DNA from: Octopus bimaculoides | Lineage: Eukaryota | DNA: 64,000 bases | Direction of reading: 5' to 3' | Assembly (NCBI RefSeq): GCF_001194135.2 | Contig: NC_068985.1 | Span: 107,438,928 to 107,502,927 of the forward strand | Shown here: piece after piece, positions 49,735 through 62,690 of the stretch | Position numbering within the stretch: position 1 is the first letter of the stretch | Layout: the number at the start of each line of letters is the position of its first letter | Program-made: the position numbers and the translations under genes | The notes under the pieces: generated by a model | The model's database searches: none | Seen by the model: the letters and a program-made list of their open reading frames with translations, nothing else | What the model was told of the DNA's origin: nothing

Positions 49735-50599
49735 AAAGTGTATGTGAATATACACATCTGTAATACATGTATATGTACATATATACATTTAGTATTTGAT
49801 CCATAATTTTTACACAAACAATAAATTGCTTGTGAAAAAATTTACTTTCAGAAACACGCTTTAACAATGAAATACATTTGAAAATAATGAAAGAGTTCAA
49901 AAAATAAAAAAATGTATAGTCTGTCGTATTGAATTCATCATCATCATCTGTTTTATTGTTAAAAGTTTTAAACGGAACATGGTGCTTCCAAGGAAAAAAA
50001 AAAAGGTAATAGAATGTCAGAAAAATGAGATTAATGATGTAGCTTGACTCTGTAATCACAAGAAAATAAGTGTTCAAGCAAAATAACAAAGTAATAGAGA
50101 ATGTTGCACTCGAATTAGTGAATTATTTGGACAGCTTGTGTGGTTGTGTGCAGATGAGAGAGAGAGTTCAAAAGAATTAGTAGCAATTTTAGTTGTTTAC
50201 GCTGTCTGATAGTTAACAACATTAGATATGGTGTATGGCTGCATTTGATTATTTTGTATTGAATATATAAGTCTTTCACTCCTGTGTGTCACTCACCGCT
50301 ATCTGTTTGTGACAGTTCATTTTATAAGATAACTAACCACATCAAAGCTCAAGTGACTTGCAATCAACAACTTTTGACTCTGCTCCTGTGTCACCCAATC
50401 ATAACCAGATACAAGATAAGGCAAACAGGCTGGCAGTTGCATCCTTTGACACAGAACTGAGGATCAACAGGAAGACCAACCTGATGATGATTAGCACCTT
50501 TAATTACAACTCAGCCAGAATGGATAGCAAGCCCATGCCTTTACTTACCTTAATAGCATAATTGATACATAGAGTAACACAGAGAGAGATGTCATACTT

Positions 50600-51150
50600 G
50601 AGTGGACAAGGCCAAACATAACCTTCACCATTCTCAAGAACATCTGAGCTTCCAGAGAAATTACCATAAAAAAATAAATTGCATATCTTCAGCTCTAATG
50701 TGAAATCCATCCTCCTCTATGGATCAGAGACAGAGATAAGAATCAAAAAGATGCTGCAGGTGGTGTAGATCTTCATTAATAACTATCTGAAGTGTATTCT
50801 TCAAGTTAGATGACCAGATAAAATAGGAAATGAAGAGCTGTGATAGAAGGTGGTGGTGGTGGGAAAGGTGCCAGTGGAAGAAAAGATCCTGAAGCACAAG
50901 TGGTGATGGTTAGGCCACACTTAAAGGTAATCAAAATCCTGAATTATATGCCAGGCCTTGACCCTTGAACCCACAAGAGACGTAGAAGAGAGGACACTCT
51001 AAAAAACAGATGGAAGTAGGGTAGTGAGGCAGAACTGAAAAAGCAGGAATCCAAATAGAGAAAAGCAAAAAAAAAAAGAAAAGACAGCCAAGAGTTGAGA
51101 GGAGTGGAGGAAAGTTGTCAATGGAATATGCTCCACAGGAAATGAAGGGC
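50600..51150 (+). mobile_element. RTE-clade LINE 3' remnant
   Basis: FTILKNI*ASREIT...IFSSNVKSILLYGSET...PDKIGNEEL...PVEEKILKHKW..LGHT, with stops and frameshifts. Confidence 0.8.
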
Positions 51151-51378
51151 TTAAGTAAATAAGCAGATTCACTTATTTACATTGTTTGATAGCTAATAAC
51201 AATATGAGTGCAGGTGTGGCTGTGAGGAGATAAGAAGCTTGCTTCCCAATCACATAGTCCTGGCTTCAGTCCAACTATGTGGCACCTTGGGCAAATATCT
51301 TCTACTATAGCCTTGGGCCGACCAAAGCCTTGTGAGTGGATTTGGTAGATGGAAACTGAAAGAAGCCTGTTGTATATG

Positions 51379-51409
<31 letters not shown>

Positions 51410-52501
51410 GTCTTTGTGTCTGTTTGTCCCATCACTGCTCGATAACTGGTGTTGGTGTATTTACATCCCGTAACTTAGTGGTTTGGTAATAAAGACTGAT
51501 AGAATAAGTACTAGGCTTAGCTTTAAAAAAATAAGTCCTGAGGCTGATTTGTCAACTAAAACCCTACAAGGTGGTGCTCCAGTATGTCCACCATCAAATG
51601 ACTGAAACAAGTAAAAGAAAAAAAGAATGAACATCTGTTGCAATGTATGATTATGTTCAGTTCTTACTCATTGAGTGTGAGACTGTCATTTGCTTCAGCT
51701 TGTCACTTGACATTGCCTGTCTGTGACTTTATATTGTGTAAGCTGCCCTAAATCAAAGTGTGACTAACTGTGACCAGCAACTTGTTGATTCATTAATATT
51801 TTTGCTGATGTCAGTCTATGAAATTGGTGTGTAGTTGTTGAGTGTCAGTGGTTAGTTTGTCCATTGCTCAAGTTCAAAGATCCTGTTTCCATTTACAAAA
51901 ACTTTCCTAATCGGAAAACAACTAGCTTGAGTTCAAACTGAAGCAGAGATATGCTACAGCAAATTGCTGCAGGTTCCTGGTGTATACAATATAATTGGTG
52001 TCATTTGGCTGTCTGTTCAATGTATAGTAGTTATCATGCCCTTCCCAACTTATGGTTTAGTCAGTGGGTAGGAATGTATCATGGCCTTTGCAAGCAAGAA
52101 AGAGAGAGAGAGAGAAAGTGGAAGTAGTTTTTATCTCTAGATGTGAGCAGTATTCTGATGCGAGTCTTAAGCTCTGTGAGAGGGGTAGCAACTGGTTGGT
52201 AGGTGCTTAAATATTTTTGGGTCTTGAAGAAGAGAGGCCTAGTCTCTAGGGTGCAGTTTTAGCAATTTTATGCATGCGGTTAACACCAAGAAAGACCTGC
52301 TTCCATTGAAAAAAATGCTTTAGGGTAACCCTTCTTTTTACTGCATATTTACAATATTTACATTTATATTCAGGTTTGATAAGTTTGATTTCCCAGTTGT
52401 CATCAGTGTCTTATACGGTGGTCTCAGACTGAAATCAAACTAAGAACTTAATGTTAGCAGTCCACTGGGTTAGTAAATAAGGAAACTTATTACGAAATAT
52501 A

Positions 52502-52798
52502 CAGGGTGTACACAAAGTCTGGCTACATGGATTAAATAAAATCATAGCATAAACAATTAAATATAAGAAATAATAATTTCTTAAAGTATGTGTTAATCCC
52601 CATGTGGGTACACGGAGTAAACAAAATCATAACATAAACAATTAAATATAAGAAATAATAATTTCTTAAAGTATGTGTTAATCCCCATGTGGATACATGG
52701 AGTAAATAAAATCATAACATAAACGATTAAATATAAAAAATAATAATTTCTTAAAATAGGTGTTAATCCGCATGTACCCAGATTTTGTGGACATCCTG
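52502..52798. mobile_element. Tc1/mariner-type MITE made of TIRs plus three 85-bp tandem units
   Basis: TA-cagggtgtacacaaagtctggctacatg ... catgtacccagattttgtggacatcctg-TA (24/28 match); units start at 52524, 52609 and 52694. Confidence 0.88.
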
Positions 52799-53885
52799 TA
52801 GATTCCTAAACTGTATCCAGAATGGAATAATTTCCTCGTCAAAGAGCAAGATACCTGATGGTGATTGAGGATCAAAGTGGTTGAAGTCTAGTTTGTATAT
52901 AAATATTGTAAATATGTACAGTAAGTTCCAGTGGCAGGTAAATTATAATGCTAGTAATTATACTTTACATAGGCACAAGGCCTTAACAGCAGCTTTATAT
53001 AAAGAAAAAAAGGTGTAGTTAATTATATTGATTTTAGTACTTGACAGGATTCTTTCATTTTAACAACCCCACAAAAAGACAAAAGACAAAGCTGACTTTA
53101 GTAAAATTTGAACTCAAAATGTAAAGAACCAAAACAATTACCACAAGGTATTTGTTGTGTTTGATACCATGGCTGAGACATTTGAGCTGAAGTTTCATTT
53201 TTAAAAGTCTTTATATGACAAAAATTTAAAAACAAAAAAACCATACTTGAATAAAACATTTCATGTGAAAAGCATTTTGTCACATGAAAGTGAATTTTTT
53301 TTGTAACTAAATTTATAACTGTTAACAAGTTTTGTATGTAATTTCTAAAAAAAACCACTGCCGCCGCCGCCACCACCACCACCACCACCACCACATTCCT
53401 GCACTCAAGGCTATCACTGATTCATTGCATTTTTGATGATGTGAGGGACGAGGGAATGTCTGGAATAGTATCTTCTGTACAGAAACAACACAACTAAAAA
53501 ACCATCATAGTCACTATGGTAAGCCTTCATTGAACCTTGGATGGTGACTTCAAATATATAACATTCTTAAAACTATAACTCAATAATCTGGTTTCGTCAT
53601 TGAAGCCAGAAAATACTTCAGATTAAACTACAGCGGACATTGATCATAACTGCAATATATTACAATTTTAGTAGAAAGTGGGTTATACATCTTTAGATTG
53701 TATACCTGACTTTCTACTATAAAATTAAAGAAATAGACGGAACGCTGAACTCCAGACTAAACAACTTAAACAACATTTATTTGCTTGGTAAAACATACAT
53801 ATCTTTAGTTATACATCTTTAGAGGTGAGAATAACTAGCTGTCGAGTATAAGACCGAAAGATGTAGAGACAGCTTTTAAACATAC

Positions 53886-53990
53886 GTCCATGCTCAATCG
53901 CTGGCCAGCGTGAAAGAGAATGAATTGAGCGGGAAACGCTTGCTTGTTTAATTCTACGCATGCGTAAGACTACGCATGCGCAGGCATTAC
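53886..53990 (-). promoter_or_regulatory. Candidate promoter and first exon of the gelsolin-like gene
   Basis: Local CpG cluster; two CTACGCATGCG motifs (53954, 53970; NRF1-like); Inr-like TCATTC (53923-53918); donor GAC|GTATGT at 53886. Confidence 0.3.
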
Positions 53991-55601
53991 TACACAATCA
54001 ATGTCTTACTTTGTCACAAAGTGAATAAACCTTATCATAGCATCATCGAACCACCACCAACTCATAACAGGTTTAACTGATATCCTGCTTCTTTTGTATT
54101 TTCCTTTCAAACAAAACAGATATTATTGCTAGAAGTTGGCAACCAACCTTTGCTCAAGACATACAGTCAACCCTTGGGATAAATACTGATTGTTTAATAT
54201 GCAACACAATGGCAACTCTGATTAACTTTACACTGTCATTGTTTTATCATCATCAATATTTTAACATCCTCTTCTCCATTCTTGCATGAGTCAGCTAGAA
54301 TTTGTCAGAGGATGTGACTGAAGATTCTCATGGACAATTTCAGAAGACTAATCTAAGTGATGGTAGTGTGTACTCTATGGTGTGTGCCTGTTTAGTCCCA
54401 AATTAGCCTTCATCTAGCAGACATCTAGTCAAAAACATTTCTATCACACCCATTTGGTCTTTTACTCCCACAAATCTAATGTACCCTACCTTTTTTAAAG
54501 TAGTAGCATGTGATTTAATGGACATTTCCTTGGTACATCCAGCAGGTGGGTGACTGTGAAGAAGCCTGCTATAAATGGTATTGGTATTCTTTAGTGGTTT
54601 AGTAACAAATAGCAGTACCCATGACCATTGCAGATTATCTAGACTATAAGATATATATATAACATTGTCAGTATCAATGTTAAGTTTGAACATCTGTAAA
54701 CAGACAGCTACAAGAGATTTGGAAGTTATTTCTAACACATTGAATAACTACAAAGAGACTCCTTTATTTGATTCAAATGAAACTTATTCATTCAGTAGTT
54801 TAGCTGATTGCTATGAATTATATACTAGCCAGTTTAGTGAGTGGTGTTTATTGATTTCTGTTAGATCTCTAGCTACAACTAATGAATCAAACAAATTAGT
54901 TTCTGAAACAACTGTGAATATATATATATTAGAGATCCTTAAAGCATATTACTAATGTTAGTTTGGCAGGAGGAAATTGTCAATGCCCAGAAAATTGGAA
55001 ATGTGCTTCCTCTCTGACCCCCTCCCCCCCGAAACATCATCATATTAATAATTCTTTCTCCACTCAGGTTCTCTTCCCACTCTCCAGCAAACACTGACTT
55101 ATAGATGTTCAAACTGAACAAATACGGGAAATCATGGGAGGGTCTGTAAATGTTATGTGAATTTCCCTTGTTTACTTTTTACATTTAATTTTCCCTTATA
55201 GCATGGATTCCACAAATCTTTTATTGAAGCATGATTTAACAGCTGAGTGTCCTGTCTATTGCTAACCCCTCCCCGTTTTCCAAGCAAGGGATCTTTTATT
55301 TCACATATCTATGAAGGTGTGCAGTGAGTGAATATGTTGTTGACAGGAGAAATTACATTACTGCTCGTAGCTTGCAGTAATTGAAGATGTGCAAATGTAA
55401 ACAAACACAAACACTTGAAGGACTTCTTTCAGTTCTCATCTACTAGTTTCACTCACAAGGTTTTGGTCAAGCTGGGGCAAATAACAGAAATAACAGAAGA
55501 CACAGAGTCAAGATGCCAAGCAGTGGGAGTCAACATGAAATTATATGTTGGGAAGTGAAATTCTTAACTACACAACTACACCTGGACCCCTTCTTTTGAT
55601 T

Positions 55602-55985
55602 GTTGTTGTTGGCATTCTGTCGCTTATGATGTCGAGAGTTCCAGTTGATCCAATCAACGGAACAGCCTGCTCGTGAAATTAACGTGTAAGTGGCTGAGCA
55701 CTCCACAGACATGCATGCCCTTAATGTAGTTCTCGGGGATATTTAGCGTGACTCTGTGTGACAAGGCTGACCCTTTGAATTACAGGCACAACAGAAACAG
55801 GAAGTAAGAGTGAGAGAAAGTTGTGGTGAAAGAGTACGGCAGGGTTCGCCACCATCCCTGCTGGAGCCTCGTGGAGCTTTAGGTGTTTTCGCTCAATAAA
55901 CACTCACAATGCCCGGTCTGGGAATCGAAACCGCGATCCTATGACCGCGAGTCTGCTGCCCTAACCACTGGGCCATTGCGCGTCC
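55602..55985 (-). mobile_element. tRNA-headed SINE family D, full length, 10-bp TSD, inserted at the end of a family B copy
   Basis: tcttttgatt at 55592-55601 and 55986-55995; colinear with 47750-48135; a head-only copy lies at 12657-12747. Confidence 0.92.
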
Positions 55986-57774
55986 TCTTTTGATTAATAC
56001 AATAAAAAAAATACCAAGATTGTCAGACAGTAGATTGTTGTAGCATCATGGCATGCATTACAAATGATATACACAAATATATAAGCCCTGTGTATGTAAG
56101 TGCAAGTCATATGCATTTTCAATGGCTAATGCTATTTTAATCCTTTTGTTACTATATTTCTGTTGAAAGATACTGCCTTTGTTTCAATCAATTTTAAAAA
56201 CAATAATGAATTTAATAAAATAACTTTGTCATTATTAAGCTGGTGTTTGGAATATATATCAACATGAAATTTTGCTGGAAAGTTTTAATTTAGATCACTT
56301 TAAAATAAGAAATTTCTATCATATAACCACAGGTCAGTCTTTGGTGGATTGTTATCAAAAGGGTTAACTGCATGTATGTGTGTGTGATAGGAAGAAGTGA
56401 TGATGTCCTGGGTTAATCCTGATTGAGTAGACTAGTGATTAGAGACATTCAAACAATGACCATCCTATCTTGTTGTAAGGTATGGCATATGTAAAATTAC
56501 ATATATCAGTGGGCTTTAACTTTAAATAACATGATACAAAGAAGATTTGCTTGCTATTTCTAACAGGTCAAGTGATGGCATCACTTAGAAGAACCCTTCT
56601 GATGTAATTGGCAGCATGACTACATGGCAAACTTTAGGAAGTAGTGTCCTTGTTGTATAGCCCCAGGCTGGCCTTGATCCAGCAGATCAAAGGCATTCCA
56701 GCCATGAACATCCAGTTTTTATGTGAAACACACTGTTTAATATGTGCTTTCTTTTTACGAAAGTAGGATGTGATTTAAGGGGGATTTGGTTCCTGTTTCA
56801 AGTAGGTCAAATGGCCTTGTAGAGGCTCATCCCACTGACATGAGGAAGATCTGGTGCTGTTTAACCACAGAGCAGAGTAATGATTAAAGCTATGCCAGCT
56901 GTTGTCATTGCTTTTTTAGTATGCGTAGACAACATCCCAGAGTTACATTATAAAAGGAATCCTTTTCTAAGATTGTGGTGGGGGTTGTCATTTGAGGGAG
57001 ATTTGACTGTCATTTCTAGCAGGCCAAACAAACATGTACAGCTTTCTTTATTGATTAGAGAGAAATATTACAGTAGAGTGGTGGATAGTAGAATCAGTAG
57101 AGTGTCCAACAAAATGTCTTCATGTATTTAGTGCCAGAGATAACAACCTTTTATCTTGGAAACATCAATAAAATAAATACCAGGTTAAGTACCAAAGATT
57201 GATTGATTAGAATCTCACCCACTCTCTTTCCCACTACCTCTAAAATATGTTACCTAGGGCCCAGTATAATATGAAGTATAAAAGAAGTCAATATTAAGTG
57301 TTACTATCACCATTAGTTCATTACATATTAATCAACTGCCAAACTCAAAACATTACAACCTTGCTAACTACATGGCATGCAACACGCACGCACGCACACA
57401 CACACATACACACATTTGCCAACAACTTTGATATATATATATATATTTCTTTTATACTTTTACTAGTTTAAGTCATGAAACTTAAGCCCTTTTGGGATCA
57501 GATACCTTAACATTACCTTCAAAAGTTTAGTCAACTTTATTGGACTCCAGTGCTTACATTAATCTGGTGTTTATCCGTATATATATAAGAAATGTTTTTG
57601 AAAGACACTATATTCTATAATGAGATTATATATACTTTCTCACACAACAATTAAAATATATTTACTTTAAATCATTTATTTATTTTATATCGTTCATCTT
57701 TCTCCCCCTCTCATTCACGCACATGCTACTTTGGGAGCGAAAGAGTTTTGTTTACATTTCACGCCGGTACGAGC

Positions 57775-57958
57775 CTTAAATATTGGCCTTTTCCGTAAAA
57801 AGTGTCTTCGGCGATCTTTACCAAAGATCGGCCTTTTCCGTAACACCCGCACGATCTTCACTACGGTGTTAGGGTTAAGGTACGGAAAAGGCCGATCTTT
57901 GGTAAAGATCGCCGAAGACACTTTTTACGGAAAAAGCCCATATTTAGGACTCGTACCG
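57775..57958. mobile_element. GC-richer fold-back MITE with about 75-bp arms
   Basis: cggtacgag...ccttttccgta matches tacggaaaagg...ctcgtaccg; arms contain internal sub-repeats. Confidence 0.8.
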
Positions 57959-58739
57959 TAAGATCGCCATCCATTTATTTAACAACAATGAAACTACGAG
58001 GTATGTAACAATTTGTCAGTGTTCCATTTATTTTTTTTTAGTGAAAATCGTGCGAGTGTTATCTAAAAATTTACCTGTACTTTTTCATGGTAAATTTGAG
58101 ATTTAAAAACGTTTTCCATATTCTTCATTTCTGTATGTTGGTTAATTCAATTAGAAAATAAAACCTAATGACGATGTAATTAGCAGCTAGCACATTTGGT
58201 TTCTTAGTTTTTGTCTGCTTTTATGTTTAAATTCTTTACTTGACTGTTATATTTCTTACGAAGAGTGAAAAAATGTTTTCCATATTCTTAATCTCCGTAT
58301 TTTCCCCGTACATTGAAAAATAGATGGTGAAAAGATCAATGTGTGTGTGTGGGGATTTCCGAGGCTGAAGATGTAAAATGCTTTCTTTTTCTTCTTAAAC
58401 ATGAGATATAATTTCAAAAACAGGGTTTTGTAGCATATTTCTTACGTAGAGAGTCTGCATTCTTAATTTTTAAAAATTTTATTATATATTTCAATTCCAT
58501 TCTATTCTATTGCATTTTGCTTTATTTAACAACAATGTTTGTTTGACGAAACAAGTTAATATCTTAATTGAAAACGACCGCGTAACGTTGTCTGTGTTTG
58601 AAAACAGTTTTGTTCTCATTGCTGATTTTTCGTTCATCAGAACCGCAACTTCACCTTCATTTGTGCCTTCATTTAATCACATTTCCCCATCTGTTAGTTT
58701 CATTTTCTCTCTCTCCTAATCTGTCTCAGGCGTCGAACG

Positions 58740-60005
58740 GCTGCTTCATTGGCACAGAGGGCTAGAAGGGTNNNNNNNNNNCCACTGCCAATGCAAGAGC
58801 AACTGAGACAGCTAAACAACGGGCAATACGCAATTCAAAGAATGCTGCTGCCACTGCCAAAGCAAGAGCCTCCGAGACTGTCGAACAATGGGCAGCACGC
58901 AATTCTAAGAATGCTGCTGCCACTGCCAATTCAAGAGCCTCTGAGACTGCAGAACAACGAGCAGTCTGAACTTCGCAAAACACTGCTGCCACTACTACTA
59001 CGCGATCTGCTGAAACTCCTCCACAGAGACATGGTACGCTACAGAGGACTAGTCATCGGCGAGAGGCTGCTCGCGGCATTACAAGCCCCAAAAGTTCCTA
59101 TTGGCTCATGAAGGCTTTCAACTATGAACCGACGATAAGCTACTCTTCCCGTTCTGAAATCGAGATTGGGGGTATGTGCTCCACCTGTAAGCACTGCAAT
59201 GCTAAGAAATGGTCAGCCGAACCACTTGGGATGTGCTGCTCAAATAGCAAAGTGCAGCTGCCACCACTTGAAGACCCTCCACAACCTTTGAAGGACCTGC
59301 TGGCAGGGTCTGCGCCAAAGTCATCCAGATTTCTTCAACTTATCAGGACATACAGTTGCGCTTTCCAGATGACCTCCTTTGGGGCTAAAGTTGTCTGAGA
59401 GGAAAGGTGGATGCCAACTTTTAAGGTCCAGGGGCAGGTTTACCACCTCATTGGGTCAACTCCAGCCCCCTAACAATAGTTCACCAGCGTTTTTGCAGCT
59501 TTATTCATCTCTGACTACAATCAACAGGCCGCAGCACGAGTAGCCAATTTCCCGGCGAATGGAGACAACACAGAGGCTGAAACTTNNNNNNNNNNGGTCT
59601 GCGCCAAAGTCATCCAGATTTCTTCAACTTATCAGGACATACAGTTGCGCTTTCCAGATGACCTCCTTTGGGGCTAAAGTTGTCTGAGAGGAAAGGTGGA
59701 TGCCAACTTTTAAGGTCCAGGGGCAGGTTTACCACCTCATTGGGTCAACTCCAGCCCCCTAACAATAGTTCACCAGCGTTTTTGCAGCTTTATTCATCTC
59801 TGACTACAATCAACAGGCCGCAGCACGAGTAGCCAATTTCCCGGCGAATGGAGACAACACAGAGGCTGAAACTTTCGACAGAGACATCTTACTTGGCCTA
59901 CAAACAATGCTGCATGAGCACAACAGTTACGTCCTCAGCTTCAAATGCGCATTGGAGAATGCACCCTGTCCCAACTACAATGTCATCATTGACGCTGACA
60001 AGGGG
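58740..60005 (+). mobile_element. Helitron Rep/helicase 5' part (pseudogenised) with 69-bp repeats and a zinc-finger-like motif
   Basis: AFNYEPTISY...IGGMCSTCKHCNAKKWSAEPLGMCCSNSKVQLPPL...FLQLIRTYSCAFQMTSFGA...MPTFKVQGQVYHLIGS...MLHEHNSYVLSFK...VIIDADK; in-frame stop at 59396-59398. Confidence 0.92.
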
Positions 60006-62365
60006 CCTTGTGATATTTGCTCCAGTTCTTTACAGTCTGAGTTCAAACTTGCTCATGTCAAATTTGTCTTTCATTGGTTTGGATATCAATAAAATAAAGT
60101 ACCAATCAAGTAGAGAGTTTTGGTTGATGTAATCAACTAATCTCCTCCAAAATCATCTCAGAACTGCTGGTCTTGTACCTGTATTGGTTACAAATTTTGG
60201 CACAAGGCCAGAAATTCTAGAGGGAGGGAGAAGTCTATTACATTAACCCAAATGCTCAGCTGGTGCTTATTTTATTGACCCTAAAAAGATGAAAGACAAA
60301 GTCAACCTCAGTGGCATGCCTTGTACCTATATTAGAAACAATTAATTACACTGATGTGTATGTGTGTGTATGTGTATGAGTGTGGTGTATAAGAGGGAAA
60401 GAGGGAATGAAAGTCTATGTGTGTTCATGCATGTCTGTGTGAATGTGGAGGTATGTGTGTTTGATAGCTTGATAGAGAAAAATAGATAGAAGTTAAATAA
60501 GAGCTGAAGGAGGAGAGTTAATCAATAGACAGTTCCTAACTCCTTTTCTTTCTCTGCATCATCATCATTTTATAGATTAATTAAATCAATTACCATAATT
60601 AACTGGTTCACATAACTGCATTTCCTTAGACATATGATTTTATCCTTGCCACATCAGGTGACAGTTGCCAGTCTCCACTACAACTAATGCCTTCATGCTG
60701 TCCACTATATACATTGTATGTAATGGTGTCTACATGCACTGCATTGTATCTAAGTACTTAGTGCCTGTTGCCATGAAATCTTTGTTACATCCCGTCCAGA
60801 TGCATTATGGCATACTTTCATAGAAGGTTGACTGTCGCCAGCTACTTGTAATCAGAACAGATATATTTAGACTTGTGCTTACAATACTGATTCTCATCAG
60901 CTGCTTTTTGATATAACTATTAATTTTTACAAAGTCAGGTAGAAACCACTTGCTCGATACCTCATGCAAAGCATTTTTAAGTGATAACTAGATTTGTTTA
61001 GTTTCTATTCTAAATGGGCAACTCCTTTTTTGGAACTAATTCAACCCCTACTGAAAGCTACTTTTCTATTACTAGAAAAACAAAAGACCCCTAGATGCTA
61101 TTCATTGGTTAAATATCTCACCACACCACCACCTCTGCACCCACTTTATGAAGAAGGCTTTTTCCTTTTTCTTCTCTTTTCCTGCCTTGCAAGTTACTTA
61201 ACAATCCCACTAGCATGAATAAAGCATCCAGCACACACTACTATAAATTGGTTGGCATTAGGAAGGGCATTCAACTGCAGAAACCATGACAAAACTGACA
61301 TGGAGCACAATGCAGCACTGTGGTTCACTGGACCCTATCAAACTGCCCAACCCATGCCAGCATAGATAATTTACATTAAATGATGAGGATGACGACGATG
61401 ACAATGGTGATGTTGAAACTGGTACTTCTGGATCTACAATTCCAAGTATTCTTTCACAGCTTAATAACACTGTTGCTTTTTTCCCCAGTACTCTTTATCA
61501 ACCTGAACAAAAATCTCATCAACTGTAAAACAGGCAATAGCTAACATAAAATGTTTTAGGAAGTGGTAAACTTTTTACTTTGAGGCTGCTTTACACTACT
61601 TACTAATCAACCAGCAATCTTATGTTCAGTGACAAAGTAAAGAAAAATGAAGAATAAGATTTTCTGTGCCGCTTACAGCTATTCTACAACTATGACACCA
61701 GACACATCCATTCATCATCATTATCATTTAACATCTATTTTTCATGCTTGCATGGATCAGACAGAATTCATTGAGATAGATTTTCTATGGTTGAATGTCT
61801 TTCCTGTTGCCAAGCAAGGTAACAAACAACATCACTTGTATGATTGTAACACTTGTTTACAATCATCGAGTAATGTCAACACAGATATGTGCATGCAAAC
61901 AGAAACATATGTACAATGGGTTTCTTTCAGTTTCTGTCTACCAAACCGAGGTAGTCATGTATGTGCAATTCTGTCTACCAAACCAGGTAGTCATGTACGT
62001 GCAGTAAAAATGGACAAGTTTGCATTTGTGTAAAATGACTTCTTTAATTGCAACTGTTTTTTGTTGCAACATGTACATATTGCATGTGTTGCAAGTGCAT
62101 ATTGCATGTATGTGTTGAGTGTATGTCTGTTGCATTTGTTTGTGGAATGCATATGCATGTTAAATGTGTATGTATGCATTATATGTATGTGCTATATGTA
62201 TAGATATGTTACATATGTATATGGATGTGCGTACATGTGTTGTATGTGTTGCATGAGTGTATGCATGTGTAATGTGTGTGTTGTATGTGTGTGTATTGCA
62301 TATGTATATGTCTATGTGCATTTGCATCTGTGTTTACTATATGTGTATGGATATGTTATAAGTGT

Positions 62366-62690
62366 GAAGGTGCATGGCTCAGTGGTTAGAGTGTCAAGCT
62401 TACAATCGTGAGGCTGTGAATTCGAATCCCGGACCAGGCTACGTGTTGTGTTCTTGAGCAAGACATTTTATTTCACGTTGCTCCAGTTCACTCAGCTGTA
62501 GAAATGAGTTGCGACGTCACAGGTGCCAAGCTGTATCGGCCCCTTTGCCTTTCCCTTGGATAACATTGGTAGCATGGAGAGGGGAGGCCGGTATGCATGG
62601 GCGACTGCTGGTCTTGTGCCTCGGAGGGTAACTTTCTAGGTGCAATCCCATGATCAGTCATGACCAAGGAGCGTCTCAGCAGAGGCAGCA
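62366..62690 (+). mobile_element. tRNA-headed SINE family E with CORE-like central block
   Basis: A box tggctcagtggttag, B box gaattcgaatccc, then cttgagcaagacattttatttcacgttgctccagttcactcagctgtagaaatgag; decayed copy at about 43375-43620. Confidence 0.8.

Noticed and set aside
50297-50320. AAAATG...GCG|GTGAGT as gelsolin first coding exon
   Set aside because: It ends in phase 0, while the next exon needs phase 1; it could at most be non-coding or need an intermediate exon.
54665-54955. 96-aa ORF
   Set aside because: No recognisable motif, no splice context, and composition like background.
61932-62004. 37-bp tandem duplication
   Set aside because: Local slippage at the end of a decayed SINE; nothing further supports a function.
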